DNA from: Candidatus Saccharimonadota bacterium
GTDB taxonomy: Bacteria > Patescibacteriota > Patescibacteriia > 2-12-FULL-60-25
Direction of reading: 5' to 3'
Assembly (NCBI GenBank): GCA_022843095.1
Contig: JALHOH010000001.1
Span: 540,001-572,000 of the forward strand
DNA length: 32,000 bases
Every line of letters starts with the position of its first letter. The stretch's first letter is position 1. This document shows positions 20,999-27,556 of this stretch, in pieces. A program made the position numbers and the translations under genes. A model generated the notes under the pieces. That model saw only the letters and a list, made by a program, of their open reading frames with translations, was not told the DNA's origin and ran no database searches.

Positions 20999-22315
20999 AT
21001 GGCATCACCCATCTCGCTTGCGATGAAGCAGATCGCGGAAGAAAAGAACATTCCGTATCCGTCCGTTTTGGAGACCGTTGAATCCGCGCTTGCGGCGGCA
21101 TACCGCAAAGATTTCGGGAACAAGAACCAAAATATCAAGGTGGAGTTTGATCCGGAAAAATACGATGGCATGACCGGCGGCATTCGTGTATTTGATGTCA
21201 AAACCGTGGTGGAAGACATGGAATTGCCGGAGGATTATGCGGAACAGTTGGAAGCGGCGGCAGCTGCAGAAGCGGCAAAGCGTCGAGAGGATCGCAAAAA
21301 GGGGATTGTGACTCCGCGCCCGGCGGACACGGACTTGCCAACCGAAGGGGAATTCAAGTTCAACCCAAAAACGATGGTGATGATTTCTGACGCCCGCGAC
21401 TTAAAACCGGACGCGGCGATCGGGGAGGAGATTCGTGTGGAATTGTCCGTCCCGGCAGCATTTGGACGCATGGCGGCACAAACGGCAAAACAGGTGATTC
21501 TGCAAAAACTCCGCGAAGCAGAACGTGGCGTGATTTTTAGTGATTTCAAGGGTCGTGAAGGGGAGCTTATGAACGTCACGGTGCAGCGCCGTGAAGGACG
21601 TTTGGTGTTGATTGACCTGGGTCGTGCAACGGGAATCATGATCCCGGAAGACCAGATCGAAACCGAGCGCTATTTTCCAGGGACGCGGATCAAGGCGTTG
21701 CTGCGTGAAGTTGCGATGACGACCAAGGGGCCGGAAATCCGGTTGTCTCGCACGGCGCCGGCATTGGTTGGCGCATTGTTTGCACAGGAAATTCCGGAAA
21801 TCGCAAACGGTGTCGTCGAGATCCGGGAAATTGCGCGTGAAGCGGGGAGTCGTACCAAGGTTGCGGTGTCCTCCACGGACGAGCAGATCGACCCGATTGG
21901 GAGCTGTATCGGACAGCGTGGGACGCGTATTCAGTCGGTCATCCGTGAATTGGGCGGCGAAAAAGTGGATGTGATCGAGTTCTCGGAAGACGCTTCGACG
22001 TTTATCGCCGCGTCGCTTGCGCCAGCAAAAGTTTTGCGCGTGGAATTGGACGAGGATGAACACTTGGCGCGCGTATCGGTCGCGTCAGATCAGCTGTCGC
22101 TCGCGATCGGTAAAGGCGGGCAAAACGTCCGTTTGGCGGCAAAATTGACCGGGTGGAAAATCACGATTTTGGAGGAAGGTGGGAAGGCGGTTTCCGTGGA
22201 CGAAGTGGGTGTTCCGGCGGCGGACGCGACGTCCGATGTTCCGGAGACGGCGGCAGAAGCGGATGCGAAGGATGAAGACGTCTCACATCCGGTAGAGGCG
22301 ACGCCCGCATCCTAA
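20999..22315 (+). CDS. nusA: Transcription termination/antitermination factor NusA
   Basis: N-terminal domain (KQIAEEKNIPYPSVLETVESALAAAYRK), an S1 region, and two KH domains (IGSCIGQRGTRIQSVIRELGGEKVDVI and LSLAIGKGGQNVRLAAKLTGWKITI), followed by an acidic tail. I chose the ATG at 20999 because the upstream extension to 20774 crosses the island boundary and looks non-coding. Confidence 0.92.
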   Translation: MASPISLAMKQIAEEKNIPYPSVLETVESALAAAYRKDFGNKNQNIKVEFDPEKYDGMTGGIRVFDVKTVVEDMELPEDYAEQLEAAAAAEAAKRREDRKKGIVTPRPADTDLPTEGEFKFNPKTMVMISDARDLKPDAAIGEEIRVELSVPAAFGRMAAQTAKQVILQKLREAERGVIFSDFKGREGELMNVTVQRREGRLVLIDLGRATGIMIPEDQIETERYFPGTRIKALLREVAMTTKGPEIRLSRTAPALVGALFAQEIPEIANGVVEIREIAREAGSRTKVAVSSTDEQIDPIGSCIGQRGTRIQSVIRELGGEKVDVIEFSEDASTFIAASLAPAKVLRVELDEDEHLARVSVASDQLSLAIGKGGQNVRLAAKLTGWKITILEEGGKAVSVDEVGVPAADATSDVPETAAEADAKDEDVSHPVEATPAS

Positions 22316-22336
22316 CCCTCCATCCCGCCACCATTT

Positions 22337-23116
22337 ATGGGATCCATTTTTCAAACGGTGTTGTTTCAGCCCATCTTGAACCTGTTGGTTGGGCTTTACG
22401 ACGTCGTGCCGGGGAAAGATATCGGGATTGCGATCATCCTGCTCACCATTTTTGTCAAAGTGGTGATGTACCCGCTGACCAAAAAGCAGATCGAGCAGCA
22501 ACGTGCGTTGCAGGCGATTCAGCCAAAGATCGAGGAGATTCGATCGCGCTTGAAAGATAATAAAGAGCAGCAGGCGCAGGAACTCATGGAGCTCTACAAG
22601 CGCGAGAAGGTGAATCCGGCAGCCGGATGTTGGCCACTCCTGATTCAGCTCCCGATCTTCATCGCGTTGTATCAGGCGCTTTCAAGCGGATTGAATTCGC
22701 AAGGGCTGAACCTTTTGTATCCGTTCGTCCCAAATCCGCAGCAGATTGATCCGATGTTTCTTGGTTTCTTGGATCTGACCAAGCCAAGTTACGTCCTCGC
22801 GATTGCGGCGGCACTGGTGCAGTTTTGGCAGACCAAGCAGATCCTGAAACCGCCGGGGGCCACGGTGGCAGAACCGCCGAAAGAGGCGGAAGGGACGCAG
22901 GGCGCAAAAGATGAATCCATGGCTGCCATGATGAACAAGCAGATGGCCTACACCATGCCCATCGTGACGGCGGTCATTGGGTTTAGTCTCCCGGGCGGTC
23001 TTACGCTGTATTGGTTGGTGATGAGTATTCTGACGGTCGTGCAGCAGGCGGTGGTTTTGAAGCGCATCCCCCCACGTCTTGACCCGCAACTGGCGGAGAA
23101 AGAGCCGACTCGGTAA
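22337..23116 (+). CDS. yidC: Membrane protein insertase YidC (short Oxa1-like form)
   Basis: 259 aa with the conserved core: ILLTIFVKVVMYPLTKKQ...LQAIQPKIEEIRSRLKDNKEQQAQELMELYKREKVNPAAGCWPLLIQLPIFIALY. Confidence 0.9.
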   Translation: MGSIFQTVLFQPILNLLVGLYDVVPGKDIGIAIILLTIFVKVVMYPLTKKQIEQQRALQAIQPKIEEIRSRLKDNKEQQAQELMELYKREKVNPAAGCWPLLIQLPIFIALYQALSSGLNSQGLNLLYPFVPNPQQIDPMFLGFLDLTKPSYVLAIAAALVQFWQTKQILKPPGATVAEPPKEAEGTQGAKDESMAAMMNKQMAYTMPIVTAVIGFSLPGGLTLYWLVMSILTVVQQAVVLKRIPPRLDPQLAEKEPTR

Positions 23117-23161
23117 GATCCGACCGTTTTTCTAAGAAATCCAGCATTCTGGTTCACTTGT

Positions 23162-25171
23162 ATGAAACAGTCCTCTCAGTCCATGTCTTCGATTCGTCGC
23201 CGCGCAGGGTGGTTGCTTGCCTTGCTTGTCGTGACGGGGGCGATGGCGTATCCGGAGCCGGCGAACTGGCTCATTTGGCAGGCTGAACGCGTGTCCGGTG
23301 TGACGTTGCCGCGTATTCAGCTTCCGTTCGTGTTGGGCCTTGATTTGCAGGGAGGAACGTCGCTTGAATATGAAGCAGACGTTTCCAAAATCCCGGAAGC
23401 CGAACGCCGTGAAGCGTTGAATGGTGTTCGTGATGTGATTGAACGTCGCGTGAACGCCATGGGTGTCGCAGAGCCGTTGATCCAGACGACTCAGGCGGGA
23501 GATGCCTGGCGTGTGAACGTGGAATTGGCGGGTGTTCGTGACATCACGCAGGCGATCAAGCGCATTGGAGAAACGCCGATCTTAGAATTCAAGACGGAAA
23601 ACACCTCCACACAGCCAGAACTGACGGAAGCGCAAAAGAAATTACTCGCCGATACCAATGCCGCACGCAAGAAGCAGGCGGACGCGTTTTTGGTCGAGGC
23701 GCAAAAACCGGGCGCAGATTTGCAGGCGCTGGCAAAGCAGGCAAATACATCAACCGTCACCACGACGAATCTTGGATTTGTCCAAGGGAATCCGGCGTAT
23801 TCCGCGATTGCGGCAGAGGCGCGAGGGAAGTCTGCTGGGACGATCCTTGGCAAAGTGTTTGATGAAGAGCCGGCCTATGTCGTCGCCAAGGTGGATGAGG
23901 TGCGCGACGATAAAGAGGTGCAGGCGAGTCACATCCTTATTTCTTGGCAGGGGATCGAAGGGATTGGTTCGACGCTGACCAAAGAAGATGCACGTAAAAA
24001 GATCGAGGAGTTGAAGAAGCAGGTGACGCCGGCGAATTTTGCCGACATCGCCGCGAAGGAATCGCAGGAACCAGGCGCATCCGCCTCCAAGGGGGATCTT
24101 GGATACTTCGGGAAAGGGCAAATGGTGGATGCGTTTGAAAACGCGGTGTTTCCGATGGCAAGCGGAACGATCTCGGACATTGTCGAAACGCAATTCGGCT
24201 ACCACCTGATCCACAAGACCGGAGAGCGCATGACGCCGAATCAAAAGGTCTCTGTGCTTGCAGTGCTGAAGCTCACGGCAAACGACATCGCGCCACCGCC
24301 AGAACCGTATGTTGCAACACGACTCACGGGGCAGCACCTCCAAAGTGCGCGGTTAGAGTTCAATCCGCAGACGGGATTCCCGTATGTGGCGCTTGAATTC
24401 AATGAAGAAGGGGCGAAGTTGTTTGAAGAGATTACGCGAGACAACATCAATCGCCAGATCGCCATTTTCTTGGATGGGAACGTGATCTCAAATCCGGTGG
24501 TGAACCAGGTGATCATGGGGGGTCGCGCCACGATCGAAGGGCGGTTTACGGTTGAGGAGGCGAAGTTGCTGGCACGCCGATTGCAGGCTGGCGCATTGCC
24601 GGTGCCGGTGAAGCTCATTGCGCAGCAAACCGTTGGACCGACGCTTGGGACGGATTCGGTGCAACAGTCGTTGATGGCGGGGTTGATCGGGTTTGCGCTT
24701 GTCGCCGTGTTCATGATCGTGGTCTACCGTCTTCCGGGGCTTGTGTCTGTCCTGGCACTCGCGCTGTACGCCGCGGTGTCCTCTGCTGTGTTTAAGACGG
24801 TGCCGGTTACGCTTTCGCTTGCCGGGATCGCTGGGTTCATCCTGTCGATTGGGATTGCGGTCGACGCAAACATTTTGACCTTTGAACGGTTGAAAGAAGA
24901 ATTGGAGGATCAAAAGAAGTCGCTTGCGAACGCGCTTGAGGAAGCCTTCCGGCGCTCTTGGCTTTCCATTCGCGACGGCCACATGACGGTGCTGATCTCC
25001 TGTGCGGTGTTGTACTGGTTTAGCTCGAGTATCATTCGTGGATTTGCCTTGACCCTTGCGATCGGGACGCTCTTGTCTCTGTTTACGGCAGTCGTGTCCA
25101 CGCGTACCATGTTGCGTTTCTTGGTGCGGACGTCGGTTGCAAATAAGGGATGGCTCTTCTTGAAGAAGTAA
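23162..25171 (+). CDS. secD: Protein translocase subunit SecD with an inserted PrsA/parvulin-like PPIase module
   Basis: SecD hallmarks are GLDLQGG, ILEFK, LTGQHLQSA, IAIFLDGNVISNPVV, GALPVPVKL and VGPTLG, plus the six-TM C-terminal region. Residues of about 150-375 (nt 23609-24286) contain a canonical parvulin domain (ASHILISW...GDLGYFGKGQMVDAFENAVF...GYHLIHK). Confidence 0.88.
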   Translation: MKQSSQSMSSIRRRAGWLLALLVVTGAMAYPEPANWLIWQAERVSGVTLPRIQLPFVLGLDLQGGTSLEYEADVSKIPEAERREALNGVRDVIERRVNAMGVAEPLIQTTQAGDAWRVNVELAGVRDITQAIKRIGETPILEFKTENTSTQPELTEAQKKLLADTNAARKKQADAFLVEAQKPGADLQALAKQANTSTVTTTNLGFVQGNPAYSAIAAEARGKSAGTILGKVFDEEPAYVVAKVDEVRDDKEVQASHILISWQGIEGIGSTLTKEDARKKIEELKKQVTPANFADIAAKESQEPGASASKGDLGYFGKGQMVDAFENAVFPMASGTISDIVETQFGYHLIHKTGERMTPNQKVSVLAVLKLTANDIAPPPEPYVATRLTGQHLQSARLEFNPQTGFPYVALEFNEEGAKLFEEITRDNINRQIAIFLDGNVISNPVVNQVIMGGRATIEGRFTVEEAKLLARRLQAGALPVPVKLIAQQTVGPTLGTDSVQQSLMAGLIGFALVAVFMIVVYRLPGLVSVLALALYAAVSSAVFKTVPVTLSLAGIAGFILSIGIAVDANILTFERLKEELEDQKKSLANALEEAFRRSWLSIRDGHMTVLISCAVLYWFSSSIIRGFALTLAIGTLLSLFTAVVSTRTMLRFLVRTSVANKGWLFLKK

Positions 25172-25190
25172 TGTTGCTGCATGACACGTT

Positions 25191-26090
25191 ATGAAACTTC
25201 CAATCATTAAATACCGTGCGATCTGGTACGTGATCTCTGCGGTGACGGTCGGGATCTCCATCGCGTTTTTCTCGATGTGGGGATTAAAGCAGGGGATCGA
25301 ATTCACCGGAGGATCCCTCATGGCTGTTCGTTTTGAAGGGACGCGTCCTTCTGCGGCAGATGTGCAATCCGCGATTGATAGCGCCGGGGTCGACGTCGGG
25401 ACGCTGGTGTTGCAGCCGGTGGGGGAGACGGATATGCAGGTGCGTTTGAAGGCGTTGGATGAAGAGCAGCACGGCAAGGTATTTGGCGCCATTCGCCAGA
25501 AGTTTTCTGGGGCAACCGAGCTGCGCTTTGATTCCATCGGACCGGTGATCGGCGAGGAACTGCGCGATAAATCGATTAAAGGGTTGGCGTTGTCGCTTGG
25601 GTTGATTCTGGTGTACGTCGCCTATGTGTTCCGCAAAGTCTCGGTGCCGGTGCAATCCTGGAAATATGGGATTGTGACGATCGTGACCGCCTTTCACGAC
25701 GTGATCGTGCCAATCGGGGTCTTTTCGTACCTCGGTCACTATCACAACGTCGAAATTGGCACGCCGTTCATCGCCGCGATTTTGACCATTCTCGGGTATT
25801 CCATCACGGATACCATCGTGGTCATGGATCGTATTCGTGAAAATCTTCAAAAAATGTCCGGGACGTTCGAGCAGATTGTTGAGGCATCCGTGCAGCAAAC
25901 GATGTTGCGCTCCCTCTTCACCTCGCTTACGACCCTCCTGACATTGGTCGCCATCTTCTTGTATGGTGGACGATCGTTGCATGATTTCACCCTTGCCTTG
26001 ATCATCGGGATTGCAACGGGGACGTATTCTTCCATCTTCGTAGCATCGCCGTTGCTCGTAACGTGGCAGAAGTTCGCCAAACAACGATAA
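25191..26090 (+). CDS. secF: Protein translocase subunit SecF
   Basis: Typical SecF N-terminus (IIKYRAIWYVISAVTV...GIEFTGGS) and six-TM region. It lies 19 nt after secD. Confidence 0.92.
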   Translation: MKLPIIKYRAIWYVISAVTVGISIAFFSMWGLKQGIEFTGGSLMAVRFEGTRPSAADVQSAIDSAGVDVGTLVLQPVGETDMQVRLKALDEEQHGKVFGAIRQKFSGATELRFDSIGPVIGEELRDKSIKGLALSLGLILVYVAYVFRKVSVPVQSWKYGIVTIVTAFHDVIVPIGVFSYLGHYHNVEIGTPFIAAILTILGYSITDTIVVMDRIRENLQKMSGTFEQIVEASVQQTMLRSLFTSLTTLLTLVAIFLYGGRSLHDFTLALIIGIATGTYSSIFVASPLLVTWQKFAKQR

Positions 26091-26103
26091 GCGTTCTACA
26101 AAA

Positions 26104-26134
26104 AACACGGGCACATCGCCCGTGTTTGCGTTTT
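26104..26134 (+). terminator. Rho-independent terminator after secF
   Basis: aacacgggc (26104-26112) pairs with gcccgtgtt (26118-26126) in a 9-bp stem with loop acatc, followed by tgcgtttt. Confidence 0.75.
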
Positions 26135-26162
26135 CACACAGGACCGCCTACCGTCCAAAGAC

Positions 26163-26180
26163 GAACGTGTGGTACACTGA
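26163..26180 (+). promoter_or_regulatory. Extended -10 promoter-like motif GAACGTGTGGTACACTGA upstream of the T4CP-like operon
   Basis: TGg-TACACT (26170-26178) ends 10 nt before the ATG at 26189. It shares 16 of 18 positions with the motif at 6642-6657. Confidence 0.35.
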
Positions 26181-26188
26181 TCCCATCC

Positions 26189-27535
26189 ATGGACGAACAA
26201 CTTCTCGGCTTTGACCAAGGAACGACCTGGCAAAGTCATATCGACACCCTTCTTGATCTCGCCGGAAGCAATCCGTTTGCGGCGATGTGGTATTTGTTTG
26301 CCAATGGAGGGTGGATTATTTTTCTGTGGGTGTTTTTGTGGGGGGCAAAATCCCTCTACATGGATTACATCCAAGGAAAGAACGGCGCCAAAAAAGAGTG
26401 GATCTTGCTTCGTGTGACCGTTCCGCGTGTCTCCGAACAGACGCCGAAAGCCGCGGAGAATATTTTTGCGACGTTTGCGGGCGCACACTCACCGTTTACG
26501 TGGACGGAAACGTATATCCAGGGGGCGTGGCAGAGTCCGATTGCTATCGAAATCGCCTCTATCGAGGGGCAAGTGGGGTATTACGTCCATGCAGAACGTC
26601 GCCTGCGTGATTTGGTAGAGGCGGCGATTTATGCACAGTATCCGGATGCTGACATCGATGAAGTGGAGGATTATACAAATCCCGTTCCAAAAGATTTTCC
26701 TGATCAAGAGTGGGATTTGTGGGGGTGTGAGATGACGCCGGTAAAATCGGATGCGTATTCGTTGAAAACCTATTTGGAATTTGAGGATAAGATCAGCGGG
26801 GAGTTTAAGGATCCCTTGGCGGCATTGTTGGAAAATTTTTCGCGGATTGGTTCGGGAGAGAATGTCTTTTATCAAATCGTGCTGCTACCGACAGACCAGA
26901 AAGATTTCCGTGGGCGTGCGGAAGAGCAAATGAATAAGATAAAGGGCATTAAAAAAGAGGCAAAAAGTACCTGGGTTGATGATGTGCTGTCCTTGCCCGG
27001 TTTTATTTTGAGCGGCGTAATTGAGGCGCTTGGGTTTGGGGGTGGCGGTGAAAAGAAGCCCGAGAAAAAAGATGGAACGCCAAGGATTTTGACGCTTTCT
27101 CCACGCGAAAAAGAGGTGCTTGAAGCCATGGAGCGGAAGGCTTCCAAGATTGGCTTTTTGTGCAAAATTCGTGTGATTTACGCGGGGAAGAAGGAAAAGA
27201 TGAAAAAGGCGCGTGTTGTGCAGCCGTTTATTGGGGCGATCAAGCAAACAAATACGTTTGACGCGCAGGCATTGAAGCCGGAATCGAAGCGAGTCGGGGT
27301 GAATAGCGCCTTCTGGTTTTTTAAAGACTGGCGGAATGACCGTCGAAAAGAGCGATTGATTCGTGCGTATCGTGATCGTTCGGCAGGGGTGGGGTTGTCT
27401 CCATTCATGCTTTCTGCGGAAGAACTTGCGACGCTTTGGCATTTCCCAATTTTGACGCAAGTAAAAGCCCCACAGCTGCGCCGGACAGAAGCCAAGAAAG
27501 TTGAACCTCCCGCAAACATTCCGTTTGGCGGATAA
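26189..27535 (+). CDS. Hypothetical membrane-anchored protein, partner of the downstream T4CP-like ATPase
   Basis: I chose the ATG at 26189 (MDEQLLGF...). One long hydrophobic segment (AAMWYLFANGGWIIFLWVFLWGA) precedes a soluble domain of about 380 aa with a Lys-rich linker. I recognise no family. It lies 21 nt upstream of the ATPase gene. Confidence 0.65.
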   Translation: MDEQLLGFDQGTTWQSHIDTLLDLAGSNPFAAMWYLFANGGWIIFLWVFLWGAKSLYMDYIQGKNGAKKEWILLRVTVPRVSEQTPKAAENIFATFAGAHSPFTWTETYIQGAWQSPIAIEIASIEGQVGYYVHAERRLRDLVEAAIYAQYPDADIDEVEDYTNPVPKDFPDQEWDLWGCEMTPVKSDAYSLKTYLEFEDKISGEFKDPLAALLENFSRIGSGENVFYQIVLLPTDQKDFRGRAEEQMNKIKGIKKEAKSTWVDDVLSLPGFILSGVIEALGFGGGGEKKPEKKDGTPRILTLSPREKEVLEAMERKASKIGFLCKIRVIYAGKKEKMKKARVVQPFIGAIKQTNTFDAQALKPESKRVGVNSAFWFFKDWRNDRRKERLIRAYRDRSAGVGLSPFMLSAEELATLWHFPILTQVKAPQLRRTEAKKVEPPANIPFGG

Positions 27536-27556
27536 TCCGATCGTTTTAGCGCCGGT

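Noticed and set aside
18863-21000. Direct repeats or att-like duplications flanking the high-GC island
   Set aside because: I compared both junction regions by eye. The only shared string is a 7-mer (gacctgt) inside two unrelated hairpins. There is no convincing target-site duplication or inverted terminal repeat, so I make no mobile-element call.
19777-21219. 480-aa - strand ORF and 332-aa + strand ORF (19812..20810) competing with the 19902..20789 call
   Set aside because: The 480-aa frame is an RG/RP-rich out-of-frame read and runs across the island boundary into the nusA 5' region. The + strand ORF is in exact antisense codon register with the chosen gene. Its first codon positions, not its third, are almost all G or C, so the GC3 signal belongs to the - strand frame.
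24488-25537. 349-aa - strand ORF across the secD-secF junction, and 276-aa - strand ORF at 25284..26114
   Set aside because: Both are antisense to well-supported secD and secF. Their products are Arg/His/Pro/Gln-rich with no TM or motif content.
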